From Elusimicrobiota bacterium (GTDB lineage: Bacteria; Elusimicrobiota; Endomicrobiia; Endomicrobiales; JBDRNC01): a stretch of DNA of 64,000 nucleotides. The position numbers and the translations under genes were made by a program. Positions 35,986 to 46,250 of the stretch are shown here, piece by piece. The notes under the pieces were generated by a model that did not search any database, was not told where the DNA came from, and saw only the letters and a program-made list of their open reading frames with translations. The stretch covers positions 32,001 to 96,000 of the forward strand of contig JBDRNC010000028.1 of NCBI GenBank assembly GCA_043811535.1, written 5' to 3'. The stretch's first letter is position 1, and each line of letters starts with the position of its first letter.

Positions 35986-36170
35986 TGTGAGTCTTATAAT
36001 CTCCTCTCGGAAAATTTCCCCCTTGAAGCTCCGCCCCGGTTCCCCGGGGCGCTTGAATAAGTCTTCCCCTCTAAGCTGAAATCCACCGAAGCGACGCTGT
36101 CTATCTACGGACTAACGCGCCCTTCTGAAGATTTAGCAGAGGCGGATTAAAAGAACTTCGCGTGTCGGTA

Positions 36171-36425
36171 CTACTGGCCCGATGTCTCTTTGTCTTTGTT
36201 AAAGAACGGAAGCGCCGGCTCTTCTTTTTTCGTTATGATCCTTTCCTTGAGCCAGGAATCTACGACTTCTTTCGAAAAACGGTACTGACGTCCGATCCTT
36301 GAAGCCGGTATTTTTTTCTGTCGTATCAAACTGTAAATCTTGGATTTGCCTATTCCAAGATATTCCGAGAGTTCCTTGATGTCCATGACCTGATTGAACT
36401 CTCTTTTAACACCGCTTTGTTCCAT
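36171..36425 (-). CDS. Excisionase-type helix-turn-helix DNA-binding protein
   Basis: MDIKELSEYLGIGKSKIY...IPASRIGRQYRF. Confidence 0.85.
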   Translation of the reverse strand: MEQSGVKREFNQVMDIKELSEYLGIGKSKIYSLIRQKKIPASRIGRQYRFSKEVVDSWLKERIITKKEEPALPFFNKDKETSGQ

Positions 36426-36618
36426 ATTTTATCACCTTGTGGCTTATTTTTCTTTTATCTGTTATTAGTATACATTAAGTGTTATTATTTGTCAAGAGCT
36501 GTTAACAAAAAATATTTCATGTCATATAGAGCCATTGCGGGTTATATAAAATCAACAAGTGCTATTTACTCCTATCCTTTGCTGTTTGGAAGCAGAAAAG
36601 GATACATATATGTAGGGC

Positions 36619-36689
36619 AAATGGCTAAATCGTTAAATGGCCAAATTGCTAAAGACTTTAACCATTTAGCAATCTAACCATTTAACAAT
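36619..36689. repeat. Short octamer inverted-array hairpin
   Basis: aatggctaaatcgttaaatggccaaattgct-aaagact-ttaaccatttagcaatctaaccatttaacaat. Confidence 0.85.
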
Positions 36690-36694
36690 GTTGT

Positions 36695-37507
36695 TTAAAT
36701 TATTTTTATCTCGATTATTCTGTCCAGGCGGAAGGTGCGTTCTTCACTGCGCAGTTCGCAGTGTGCGACAAGGTACGCGCAGTTCTGGCGGAGGATAACT
36801 TCCTTCGGGGTAAGAATTCTTTCTGTCGCGACGCCGGCGCTTGAAATATACTTTACGGCAATCTTTGATTTGTTCTTCAGGGCTTCTTCCAGCAGCGGCG
36901 GCAGTCCGATCTGTTTTGCTTTTATCATGGCGCCGTTCATTTTCATGTTCCGGAAAAAAAGTTTCTCTATGTCCTCAACGCCTCTTTTTTCCAGTTCCGA
37001 CATCATATACGCGAATATCTTCTGCGTCGCGCTCGCGTCAGCCAGCGCCCTATGCGCCTCGTTCATCTCAATATGAAGGCCGTAAGCAATATTGCCCAGG
37101 CTGTTGGAAGAGAAATTGAAATACCTGCGCGCGATCCTCAGCGTGTCTATCACGCGGAATTCCGCGGGAGCAATGCCGCACTTCTCAAATTCCGAATTCA
37201 GAAAACTTAGGTCGAACGGGGCGTTGTGGCACACGACGATGGCATCCGATATTATGGACTGCACTTTATCCGCGATTTCTCTGAACTTGGGGGCTTTCGC
37301 AGCCATCTTATCGTTGATCCCGTGGACATTCATGGCCCCGCTTGAGATAGGCCTTTCCGGATTGACCAGGCTCTGCCACTCGGAGTCCACGTCATGCCCG
37401 ATGGTCCTTACAATGCCTATCTCGCAGATCCGGTCATCGTAGAAAGCCGACAGACCGGTGGTCTCCACGTCCAGAAAAGCGAAAACCCGCTCTTTTATTC
37501 TGTGCAT
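36695..37507 (-). CDS. DnaQ-like 3'-5' exonuclease fused to a C-terminal WYL domain
   Basis: DVETTG, HNAPFD, HRALADA (DEDDh); YLVAHCELRSEERTFRLDRI. Confidence 0.9.
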   Translation of the reverse strand: MHRIKERVFAFLDVETTGLSAFYDDRICEIGIVRTIGHDVDSEWQSLVNPERPISSGAMNVHGINDKMAAKAPKFREIADKVQSIISDAIVVCHNAPFDLSFLNSEFEKCGIAPAEFRVIDTLRIARRYFNFSSNSLGNIAYGLHIEMNEAHRALADASATQKIFAYMMSELEKRGVEDIEKLFFRNMKMNGAMIKAKQIGLPPLLEEALKNKSKIAVKYISSAGVATERILTPKEVILRQNCAYLVAHCELRSEERTFRLDRIIEIKII

Positions 37508-37549
37508 TCCGCTATTTATAGCAAAATGTTAACGAACGGTCAAATAACG

Positions 37550-37626
37550 AGGGGCTAGGGCTTAGGGAATAGAGAATAGGGAATTGAAAGGTCCTTCTAT
37601 TCTCTGGTCGCTATTCACTACTCCCT
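37550..37626. repeat. Heptamer (GGGAATA/TATTCCC) inverted-array hairpin
   Basis: ggggctagggcttagggaatagagaatagggaat ... ctattctctggtcgctattcactactccct. Confidence 0.7.
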
Positions 37627-37640
37627 CTCAAAAAAAATCC

Positions 37641-37705
37641 TTGACATCCCCGCCCCCGTCTGCTATAATAATGACTGATTAGTCAGTCAGTGACCCGCTG
37701 GTCAT
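37641..37705 (+). promoter_or_regulatory. Consensus promoter plus palindromic TetR-type operator
   Basis: TTGACA-17 bp-TATAAT; TGACTGA-ttag-TCAGTCA (37672-37689) followed by a related tgacccgctggtca. Confidence 0.8.
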
Positions 37706-37799
37706 AGAATCTCCCTGCAGTATTGCTCGTTACAATTCAAATATATGAAGTGCGTAATCCCGCCTAACCGCGGGATATACCTTATTAACGGAGTATATC

Positions 37800-38390
37800 A
37801 TGGTTAAACCCAAAAAATGGAACCCGGAAATCAAGAAACAACAGATCATTGAAGCCGCCATCAAGGTGCTCAACAAAAAAGAGTACTTCCGCGTGCCAGT
37901 TGACGAAGTGGCAAAACAGGCGGGCGTAGCTAAAGGAACTATTTACCTATACTTCAAGAGCAAAGAAGAGATTTATTTTTCAGTTCTTTTTGCATTAATG
38001 GATAAACTAATTGAAATCATTGACAGCGTCAGGAAAACTGAAATTTCCGCCACTAAACAGTTGGCTATGCTGCTGGAAAAAATGGTGGACTTTACTTCGA
38101 GCCACAGACAGATATTCAATGCTCTAAGGAGTGAAGTTGGACCTCATAAGGATAAATTCCATAACGCGCTCCTGAAGAAAATGTTTGAAATAAATCAGTC
38201 CATGAGCGAAATTGTAAGAAACGGGATACTGAACAATGAGTTTAAGGATTATCCTCCGGCTCTCATTAGCGGAGTTTTCTTCTCCGCTACCACGCTGATA
38301 TTTCACCAGCAGATAGAACAAGATAAGACTTTCCCGCCGATACCGCCCGATATGCTTTTTGAGATACTGCTGAAAGGATTCGGCAAATGA
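37800..38390 (+). CDS. TetR/AcrR family regulator
   Basis: IIEAA...VDEVAKQAGVAKGTIYLYFKSKEE. Confidence 0.95.
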   Translation: MVKPKKWNPEIKKQQIIEAAIKVLNKKEYFRVPVDEVAKQAGVAKGTIYLYFKSKEEIYFSVLFALMDKLIEIIDSVRKTEISATKQLAMLLEKMVDFTSSHRQIFNALRSEVGPHKDKFHNALLKKMFEINQSMSEIVRNGILNNEFKDYPPALISGVFFSATTLIFHQQIEQDKTFPPIPPDMLFEILLKGFGK

Positions 38391-39697
38391 AGAATACATC
38401 TATATTAAGAAAATCATTGTTCGTTTTGTTCGTATTGCTGCCTGTTTCGGCATTTTCACTGGACATCGACGAAAAAAAAGCCGTCGACTTCGCTCTTCAG
38501 AACAGCAGGGATATCAGGACCGCGGAACAGTCGCTGATAGCGGCTGACGGCAGGATCTTTGAGGGATTCTCGGGATTCCTGCCCAAAATAAACGCCGGGC
38601 TTACCTACACAAAACTAAGCGAGCCGACGTTTAATCTTACCGGATCGATGTCGGCGCTCGCTTCGTCCTTAAGCCCCGCGATGACGTCCGAAGAGCTCTA
38701 CGGCGCTTCGCTTTCGGTCTCACAGCCGGTGTTCATGTGGGGCAGGATATACCAGGTGAACAAACAGGCGCATATCAATTACGCTATAACGAAAGAAAAA
38801 TACAACCAGACAAAAAATGACGTCGTGTACAGGGCCAAGGAAAATTATTACAGGACCGTTCTCGCCCGCGAGCTTCTCGGCATAGCTAAAGAGGCGCTCC
38901 GGCTGACGCAAGACCGTTATGAAATAACGCAGAAGCTTTACTCCGAAGGCAAGGCATCCACTTATGACGTTTCCAGGACAAAGGTGGCCATGGCGAACGC
39001 CAAAGTTGGGGTGCTCAAGGCCGAAAACGGTTTTGTGCTGGCAAAAGAAGCCCTTAAATCTTTTCTTACCGTGGAAGAAGACATAAATATCACGGGAAGC
39101 ATGAATATCGAAAACACCGGTTACTCTCTTGATGATATGCTCCAGACGGCGCTCTCCTCGCGTCCCGAGATCAAACAGCTGGCTTACCAGCAGAAACTCG
39201 GGAAGAGTCTCTTGTCTCTGAGCAAGGCGGACAATAAACCCATGATTAGCGCCAGTTATTCCTACACGGCGCAGTCCGCAAAGCTTTCTGAAGACTTTGA
39301 CAGCTGGGACAAGAAGTGGCAGGCAGGGCTGGCTCTTTCATGGCCTATTTTCGACGGGCTTTCGAGCTACGGCAAGGTCAAACAGGCAAAAGCGGGTTTC
39401 GAGCAGATACTGCTCGCGGACAAATCGGTCACGGAAGGCATAAAACTTGAGGTGCGCTCCGTTTACCAGAATTTCATGCAGGCGAAACAGAGCATAGAGG
39501 CGCAGAAAGAAAACGTCCAGCTGGCCAAGGACAACCTTGAGATCGCCCAGAAAAGATACTCTCTCGGCCTTATGTCATATATTGAACTGCAGGACGTCCA
39601 TTTCGCGTTTTCCCAGGCCGAGACAAATTACGAACAGTCGCTGTACGACTATAACATTGCAATAGCCGCAATCAAGAAAGTTACGGGAACATATTAA
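38387..39697 (+). CDS. TolC family outer-membrane efflux protein
   Basis: Two OEP repeats, LSWPIFDG, signal peptide. Confidence 0.9.
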   Translation: MKNTSILRKSLFVLFVLLPVSAFSLDIDEKKAVDFALQNSRDIRTAEQSLIAADGRIFEGFSGFLPKINAGLTYTKLSEPTFNLTGSMSALASSLSPAMTSEELYGASLSVSQPVFMWGRIYQVNKQAHINYAITKEKYNQTKNDVVYRAKENYYRTVLARELLGIAKEALRLTQDRYEITQKLYSEGKASTYDVSRTKVAMANAKVGVLKAENGFVLAKEALKSFLTVEEDINITGSMNIENTGYSLDDMLQTALSSRPEIKQLAYQQKLGKSLLSLSKADNKPMISASYSYTAQSAKLSEDFDSWDKKWQAGLALSWPIFDGLSSYGKVKQAKAGFEQILLADKSVTEGIKLEVRSVYQNFMQAKQSIEAQKENVQLAKDNLEIAQKRYSLGLMSYIELQDVHFAFSQAETNYEQSLYDYNIAIAAIKKVTGTY

Positions 39698-39698
39698 T

Positions 39699-39778
39699 AA
39701 TTTCAAATTGCATATTCCAAATTTCAAATTAAAGACCCGGCGTTGTTAATTTGTAATCTGTAATTTGTAATCTGAAAT
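39699..39778. repeat. Heptamer (ATTTCAA/TTGTAAT) inverted-array hairpin
   Basis: aatttcaaattgcatattccaaatttcaaatt-aaagac...-aatttgtaatctgtaatttgtaatctgaaat. Confidence 0.75.
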
Positions 39779-39796
39779 CCATTTAAGGGAGTCATC

Positions 39797-40684
39797 ATGA
39801 CAACAAGAAAAAAAGTATTTCTGTTCATCGGGATTTTTGTGGCGCTGATCGTAGGTTTCAGGGCGTTCAGGGCGTTTCACGCCAAACCGGTAAAAATCGA
39901 ATATCTTCTTCCGGTCAAGGTCTCTAAACTCGCGGTCAAAGATCTTGAAGAACTGATCAATCTGACCGGAGACGTGAGAGGCGTTTCGGAAGCAAAGGTC
40001 TATTCCAGCGTGCCGGGAAAGCTCCTTGAAAAAAAGAAAGACATCGGAGACATCGTATACAAAAACGACGTTATCGCGATGGTTGACCGCGACGAACCCG
40101 CCCTTGAATTCAAGGCCTCCGAAGTCAAATCGCCGCTTGATGGCGTTATCACTCATTACTTCCTTGATGTGGGAGAGGCCGTCAGCCCGCAGACCCCGGT
40201 TTTTGAAGTCGCTACGGTGGACAGGGTCAAAATAGTTACCAATATTTCCGAAAAAGACATTCCCAAAGTCAAAAAAGGGCTACGCGTGAGATTTTCCGTA
40301 GACGCCTATCCCGAAAATACTTTCCCCGGAACAGTGTCAAAGATCGGGCAGTCCATAGACCTTCAGTCGCGCACGGCGCAGGTGGAGATAGCGGTTTCAA
40401 ACGAGAACAGCCTGCTCAAGCCGGGCATGTTCGCAAAACTTGAAATCATCGTCTCTGTCCGCACGGGCTGCCTGACGCTGCCCGCAGACGCTGTAGGCGA
40501 ATCTGATGCGCAAAGATACGTTTACATCATCAAGGATTTCATCGCATACAAGAAAATAATCAAGACCGGCGTTTCTCAGGGCCCTTATATTCAGGTCCTT
40601 GAAGGAATTTCCGCGGCGGATGATGTCGCGGTGCTCGGATGGCAGAACTTGCGCGAAGGAATGAAAGTGGAGGTCGTGGAATGA
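39797..40684 (+). CDS. RND efflux periplasmic adaptor (MFP)
   Basis: KSPLDG, VDAYP, LKPGMFA. Confidence 0.9.
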   Translation: MTTRKKVFLFIGIFVALIVGFRAFRAFHAKPVKIEYLLPVKVSKLAVKDLEELINLTGDVRGVSEAKVYSSVPGKLLEKKKDIGDIVYKNDVIAMVDRDEPALEFKASEVKSPLDGVITHYFLDVGEAVSPQTPVFEVATVDRVKIVTNISEKDIPKVKKGLRVRFSVDAYPENTFPGTVSKIGQSIDLQSRTAQVEIAVSNENSLLKPGMFAKLEIIVSVRTGCLTLPADAVGESDAQRYVYIIKDFIAYKKIIKTGVSQGPYIQVLEGISAADDVAVLGWQNLREGMKVEVVE

Positions 40685-43600
40685 TTCTTTCAGAATTCTC
40701 AGTAAAAAAACCGGTCGCAACGATGATGCTTTACGTGGCGGTGTTCGTGCTTTCCATCGTCGCCCTCTCAAGGCTCGCGCTGGACATGTTTCCGGAAATG
40801 ACCTTCCCCACTATTTCCGTCATAACGCAGTATCCCGGGGCCGGGCCGCAGGAAGTCGAGCAGAAGATCACGAAAATACTCGAATCCCAGCTGGCCATCG
40901 CGCCGGACCTGAAAGAAATGACCTCTACGTCAAAAGAGAATGTCTCCGTCGTGAGTCTTTCTTTCGAGTGGGGCACGAACCTCGACGCCGCGACCAACGA
41001 CATCAGGGACCGCGTGGACGCCGCCATGAGAATGCTGCCCGACGACGTCGACAGGCCCACGATACTCAAGTTTGACATGAACCAGATACCCGTGCTTTTC
41101 GTCGCCGCCACGGCCGATGAGTCTCTCCCAAAAATCAAGACTATCCTTGACGAAAAAATAGCCGACCCGCTTAAAAGGATACCCGGCGTGGGCAACGTGA
41201 TGGTTTACAGCCCCATCGAGCGCCAGATAAACGTTGAAGTTGACAGGTTCGCGCTGCAGGCCCGGAAACTTGTCATATCCGACGTGGTCAACGCCCTGAA
41301 ATTAAACAACGTGACCTTCCCGGCTGGCACCATGAACGTCGCGAGCAAGGAATTCCTGCTGCGCGTGCCGGGCGAGTTCGAGAACATTTCCCAGATAGCC
41401 TCGATCCCCGTGGGAAATTTCGGCGGCAAGACCGTGTACTTGAAAGACGTCGCGGCGATAAACGACGGCTTCAAGGAGCAGACGGGCTTCATCCGCATCG
41501 ACAGGAAAAAAGGCGCCATGATTATTATCCAGAAAAAATCCAGCGCCAACACGGTGAAAGTCGCCGAAGCCGTGACAAAACGCCTTTCGGAACTGCAGAA
41601 AACGCTGCCGCAGGACATCAAGATATCAATACCTATGGACACGTCGCAGGACATAAAAAAGGTCATCGGCCACCTGACGGAAACTATCCTTATCGGCGGC
41701 GTGCTTGTCATACTCATAATGTTCCTTTTCCTTTCCAACGTAAGGGCCGCGGCGATTATTCTGGTGTCAATACCGACTTCCATCATAATATCGTTTTTGT
41801 TCCTTTATCTCATGGGTTACACGATAAACATAATCTCGCTTTCTTCCCTGGCGCTGGCCATCGGCATGGTTGTGGACGACTCCATAGTCGTTCTTGAAAA
41901 TATATTCAGGCACATGACCGAATACAAGAAGGACAGGCGGAAAGCCTCCATGGAGGCTCCGTCGGAAGTGGGGCTGGCCGTTTCGGCAAGCACATTAACG
42001 ACCATAATTGTTTTTCTCCCGCTCATTTTCGCGACCGGGATAGCGGGCGTGATGTTCAAGCAATTGGGAATGATAATCTCCGTTACGCTTTTATCGTCCC
42101 TCTTCGTTTCGCTCACGCTGATGCCCATGATGTCGTCCAGGTTCCTCAAGGTCACGGGAAACATAGAGGTTTTCGAGAAAGCTTTCCAATGGCTCGAACA
42201 TGAATATAAGGTGCTGTTGTCATGGGCGCTTGACCACAGGTGGAAGACGGTCATTATTCTCGGCTCAATACTCGTGGGAACGCTCATGCTGGTGCCCGTC
42301 GTAGGCACTGAGTTCTTTCCGGAGGAGGATTCCGGCCAGCTGGCCATCTCTTATGACATGCCCGTGGGAACGAACGTGCAAAAGACCGACGAGGTGATGG
42401 CAAAGTACGAAGATATAGTTGAGAAAACCGTCCCGGAAAGGATAGTATTTTTCTCAATGATCGGGCAGATGACTCAGGGAGGCGGCGGCAGCGACACGGG
42501 CTCCAACAAGGGAACCCTCAGGGGCATGCTGGTAGACAAGGATAAAAGAAAAAGAGGCATAAAGGAAATCAACGAGGCGCTCCGCAGGGAATTCAGCAAG
42601 GTGCCCGGGGCGACAAAATTGAATTTTGTGTCCGGCGACCCGATGTCGCAGAGGATGAGCGGCACGGGAAAACCCGTGGTCGTGGAGGTCTTTGGTTTTG
42701 ACTATGACGACGTAGGCAGCGTCTGCGCGCAGGTAAAGGAAGCGATGGAGTCCGTTAAAGGAATAACGGACGTCTCAGTATCCAGGGACATGGGCAAGCC
42801 CGAATACCGCATACTGATAGACAGGGATAAAATAACCGCGCTCGGCATCCCTGTATATACCGTCGCTGACACGCTTAACGCGTCGTTCGCCGGCAAAAGG
42901 GCGACTATCTACCGTGAAAAGGGAAATGAATACGACATTTTCGCCCGGTTCAAGGAAAGCGACAGGAAGGACATGACCGATATCGAAGGCGTGAACGTCC
43001 GCATTCCTTCCGGCGGACTGGTATCGCTTAAAAATTTCGTCAGGATAGAAAAAACCTACGGCCCCGTTGATATAACAAGAAAGGACCAGACAAGGGTCGT
43101 CAGGGTCGAGGCAAATATCTTCGGCCGTTCTCTCGGAAAAGTCACTTCCGACATACAGGACAAACTAAACAAGATTATCCTGCCGAGAGGCGTGTCAATG
43201 CAGTTCGGCGGTTCCATCAAGGAGCAGGCGGAATCCTTCAAGGATCTCTTCCTTGCCTTAATTCTCGGCATACTGCTTACGTACATGGTCTTGGCGGCGC
43301 AGTTTGAATCTCTCAAAGACCCGTTCATAATAACATTCTCCATACCGTTCGCTATAGTAGGCGTCATCTGGGGACTCCTGATAACGGGCATGACGCTCAA
43401 TGTGACCTCTTTCATCGGCGTGATAATGCTCGTTGGCATCGTTGTCAAGAACGCGATAGTCTTCATCGACTACACTATACAGCTGAGGGAAAAAGGCGTT
43501 CCGGTTTACGACGCCCTGCTTGAAAGCGGGCGCGTGAGGCTGCGCCCGATATTGATGACTTCGATGACTACTATGCTCGGCATGCTGCCGCTGGCGCTTT

Positions 43601-43752
43601 CGCGCGGGAGCGGCTCGGAATCATGGAACTCCCTGGGCGTCACGATAATATCGGGTCTTTCAGTGTCCATGTTCATAACGCTCCTTATCGTTCCCGTTAT
43701 ATACTCCCTGTTTGAAGATAAATCAAAACAACCGGTAAACATTAAACGTTGA
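40681..43752 (+). CDS. RND efflux permease (AcrB/AcrD/AcrF family)
   Basis: YPGAGPQEVE, IGMVVDDSIVVLENI, GIVVKNAI, RLRPILMT; ATG 40681 overlaps the MFP stop. Confidence 0.95.
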   Translation: MILSEFSVKKPVATMMLYVAVFVLSIVALSRLALDMFPEMTFPTISVITQYPGAGPQEVEQKITKILESQLAIAPDLKEMTSTSKENVSVVSLSFEWGTNLDAATNDIRDRVDAAMRMLPDDVDRPTILKFDMNQIPVLFVAATADESLPKIKTILDEKIADPLKRIPGVGNVMVYSPIERQINVEVDRFALQARKLVISDVVNALKLNNVTFPAGTMNVASKEFLLRVPGEFENISQIASIPVGNFGGKTVYLKDVAAINDGFKEQTGFIRIDRKKGAMIIIQKKSSANTVKVAEAVTKRLSELQKTLPQDIKISIPMDTSQDIKKVIGHLTETILIGGVLVILIMFLFLSNVRAAAIILVSIPTSIIISFLFLYLMGYTINIISLSSLALAIGMVVDDSIVVLENIFRHMTEYKKDRRKASMEAPSEVGLAVSASTLTTIIVFLPLIFATGIAGVMFKQLGMIISVTLLSSLFVSLTLMPMMSSRFLKVTGNIEVFEKAFQWLEHEYKVLLSWALDHRWKTVIILGSILVGTLMLVPVVGTEFFPEEDSGQLAISYDMPVGTNVQKTDEVMAKYEDIVEKTVPERIVFFSMIGQMTQGGGGSDTGSNKGTLRGMLVDKDKRKRGIKEINEALRREFSKVPGATKLNFVSGDPMSQRMSGTGKPVVVEVFGFDYDDVGSVCAQVKEAMESVKGITDVSVSRDMGKPEYRILIDRDKITALGIPVYTVADTLNASFAGKRATIYREKGNEYDIFARFKESDRKDMTDIEGVNVRIPSGGLVSLKNFVRIEKTYGPVDITRKDQTRVVRVEANIFGRSLGKVTSDIQDKLNKIILPRGVSMQFGGSIKEQAESFKDLFLALILGILLTYMVLAAQFESLKDPFIITFSIPFAIVGVIWGLLITGMTLNVTSFIGVIMLVGIVVKNAIVFIDYTIQLREKGVPVYDALLESGRVRLRPILMTSMTTMLGMLPLALSRGSGSESWNSLGVTIISGLSVSMFITLLIVPVIYSLFEDKSKQPVNIKR

Positions 43753-43796
43753 ACGGAATGCTTTCATCCCTTGACTGCAAAACGGAATAGTAACGA

Positions 43797-43856
43797 CGGT
43801 TCGAATGTTCCATAAATTCTGGAACAATGGAACATTTGAACATTGAAACTATTTGT
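43797..43856. repeat. Octamer (GAACAATG-type) array with a short inverted partner
   Basis: gttcgaatgttcc ... ggaacaatggaacatttgaacattgaaac. Confidence 0.55.
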
Positions 43857-43878
43857 TTGGTTGTTTTGTCTAAATAAC

Positions 43879-45111
43879 ATGAAGAAATTTCAATTAATAT
43901 TGCTGTTTTTCCTGGCAGCGGCTGCCGCAGGCGCCGATGAATTGACATGGCAGGACGTGCTTGCCGAAGCGAAAGCGAAGAATCCTGCGCTTAAAAAATC
44001 GGAGGAATCGCTGAAACAGGCGCGTCTGGGCTATTACAGCGCGTATACCGATTTCCTGCCGAAACTTTCCGCGTCCGCAGGCACGTCGCAGTCAAAATCC
44101 GGCTCCTCTGACATGCAAAGGAATTATTCCTACGGGCTTTCCGGCTCGATCTCCCTTTTTTCCGGGTTTGCGGGCGTCGCGGGCCTCAAATCCAAGGAAA
44201 CGGCTCTCAGGATTTCCGAGGCGAATTACGCTAGGACTCTTGCCGATACCGTTTACCAGCTGAAAAACAGTTTTTTAAACCTTCTCTGGGCGCAGGAAAC
44301 GGCAAACCTTTCCAGCCAGATATTAAACAAGCGGAAAGAAAATTTTGAGATGGTGGAGCTGAAATATGATTCCGGCACTGAAGACAAGGGCTCCCTCATG
44401 CGCGTGGAAGCCGACAGGCTCCAGGCAGAGTTCGACCTTGACAAGGCCCGGCGCAATCTCAGATCGGCCTCGCTTCAGCTTGTCAAGGCAATCGGCAGGG
44501 ACGATTTTGAAATTGTCATAGTTACTGGAACCTTTGAAGTATCGGACCCGGGTTCTCCCGACCTGAAAGAGCTTGCCGAGAAAACTCCCGAATATACCGC
44601 CGCCAAACTCTCCGTTGAAAAGTCAAATTATGACCTTATCTCCGCGAGAAGCGGATTTTACCCCGACCTATCCTTGTCCGCCTCAACTTCAAAATCCGGC
44701 TCCGAGTGGGAGCCTCAAAACAGCGGCTGGAACCTGGGATTGTCACTGAGCTATTCTTTCTTCCCCGGAGGTAAAAATATTATTGACGCGAAAATTGCCA
44801 AATCCTCGAAGCTGGAATCCGAAGAATCGCTGAAACAGACGCGCCAACAGCTCGCCGTCAGCATAGATTCCGCACTTAACAGTTTTATCAATTCTGCCCG
44901 GAACGTCGCGGTTTCTGTCAAATATCTTAACGCCTCCGAAGAGCAGTCAAGGATCACGGCAACAAAATACATAAACGGGCTGGCGTCTTATCTTGAGTGG
45001 TACAGCGCCGAGAACGATCATATAAACTCGATGAGAAGCTTTTTAAATTCAAAACGCGACGCCGCGCTGCAGGAAGCCAATTTTAAGAAAGTCGCGGGAC
45101 AGGAAGAATAA
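43879..45111 (+). CDS. TolC family outer-membrane efflux protein
   Basis: Signal peptide MKKFQLILL, OEP repeats (FLPKLS, FYPDLS). Confidence 0.88.
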   Translation: MKKFQLILLFFLAAAAAGADELTWQDVLAEAKAKNPALKKSEESLKQARLGYYSAYTDFLPKLSASAGTSQSKSGSSDMQRNYSYGLSGSISLFSGFAGVAGLKSKETALRISEANYARTLADTVYQLKNSFLNLLWAQETANLSSQILNKRKENFEMVELKYDSGTEDKGSLMRVEADRLQAEFDLDKARRNLRSASLQLVKAIGRDDFEIVIVTGTFEVSDPGSPDLKELAEKTPEYTAAKLSVEKSNYDLISARSGFYPDLSLSASTSKSGSEWEPQNSGWNLGLSLSYSFFPGGKNIIDAKIAKSSKLESEESLKQTRQQLAVSIDSALNSFINSARNVAVSVKYLNASEEQSRITATKYINGLASYLEWYSAENDHINSMRSFLNSKRDAALQEANFKKVAGQEE

Positions 45112-45187
45112 AATACGACAGAACTGCAAAAACAGAACTGATAAACCAGATAACAAGAAAAAACATGCGACATTTACGGAGGACTGA

Positions 45188-46141
45188 GTGAAAAAAACCA
45201 TTATTATCGTTACTGTCGCTGCGCTTGTCGCGGCCGCCGCGTTTTTCCTGATTAAAGGCAAGGAAAAAGAGACGTTATTTGAGATTAATCCTTTCCGCGG
45301 AGAGATTGCGCTTGAATTCAGGCTTGACGGCGACGTCAGCCCGAGGAACCGCCTTGAAATAAAGCCCCAGGTATCCGGACGCATAGAGGATGTGCTTGTT
45401 GTTGAGGGCCAGAAGGTAAAAAAAGGCGATATCCTCGCGTGGATGAGCTCTTCCGACCGCGCGTCGCTTCTTGACGCGGCGCGTTCCAAGGGCGCGGAAG
45501 AACTGAAAAAATGGGAAGATATCTATAAACCGACTCCCATCATCACGCCCCTTGACGGCTTCATAATCGACAGGAGCAAAGAACCCGGACAGACGGTGGC
45601 GATGAGCGAGGTTATTCTCGTCATGGCCGATCAGCTGATACTTCAGGCGAACGTGGACGAAACCGACCTTCGCTACATTCATATCGGCCAGAACGTGAAA
45701 ATAGTGCTCGATGCCTATCCCGACAGGAAATTCCCCGGAGTAATAGAACATATAGCCTACGAATCCACCGTCATCAACAACGTCACGGTCTACCAGGTAA
45801 AAATTCTTCCGAAAGACGTCCCGCCGAGTTTCCGCGCCGGCATGTCGGCCACGATAGAAGTCGTATCCCAGAAAAAAGATAACGCGCTCCTGCTCCCCGC
45901 CGGCGCTATCACCACTAAAGACAATAACAGTTTCGTGACAGTCAGGAAAGGCAAGACCGAAAAAACAGGGCTGCAGAAAGTCGAGACCGGAATTTCTAAC
46001 GGCAAAAATATCGAGATACTTTCAGGCGTGACCGAACAGGACCTCGTGGTCGTGCCCAAGCAGGATTACCAGAATCAGCATTCAATGCAGATGCGCGGCG
46101 GAATAGGCGGCCTGTTCGGCGGCGGCGGACGCGGCAGATAA
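45188..46141 (+). CDS. macA: MacA-like periplasmic adaptor
   Basis: IKPQVSGRI..V.VVEGQKVKKGD, VDETD, NVTVYQV, RAGMSA. Confidence 0.8.
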   Translation: MKKTIIIVTVAALVAAAAFFLIKGKEKETLFEINPFRGEIALEFRLDGDVSPRNRLEIKPQVSGRIEDVLVVEGQKVKKGDILAWMSSSDRASLLDAARSKGAEELKKWEDIYKPTPIITPLDGFIIDRSKEPGQTVAMSEVILVMADQLILQANVDETDLRYIHIGQNVKIVLDAYPDRKFPGVIEHIAYESTVINNVTVYQVKILPKDVPPSFRAGMSATIEVVSQKKDNALLLPAGAITTKDNNSFVTVRKGKTEKTGLQKVETGISNGKNIEILSGVTEQDLVVVPKQDYQNQHSMQMRGGIGGLFGGGGRGR

Positions 46142-46147
46142 TAACGG

Positions 46148-46244
46148 CAGTAATTAGTGATTGGCAATTAGCAATTAATAAAGACAAACATATCAATTAA
46201 TAGTTGAAAAATACTAATCGCAAATTGCTAATGGCTAATTGCTG
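46148..46244. repeat. Heptamer (AATTAGC/GCTAATT) inverted-array hairpin
   Basis: cagtaattagtgattggcaattagcaatt ... aaagac ... aatactaatcgcaaattgctaatggctaattgctg. Confidence 0.8.
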
Positions 46245-46250
46245 AAAATT

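Noticed and set aside
36000..36165. Lysine riboswitch upstream of kamA
   Set aside because: Could not find the L-box conserved motifs on the coding strand; kept only as an unassigned structured leader.
36171..36425. Prophage or ICE suggested by the excisionase-like HTH
   Set aside because: No integrase, att-linked tRNA or phage genes nearby.
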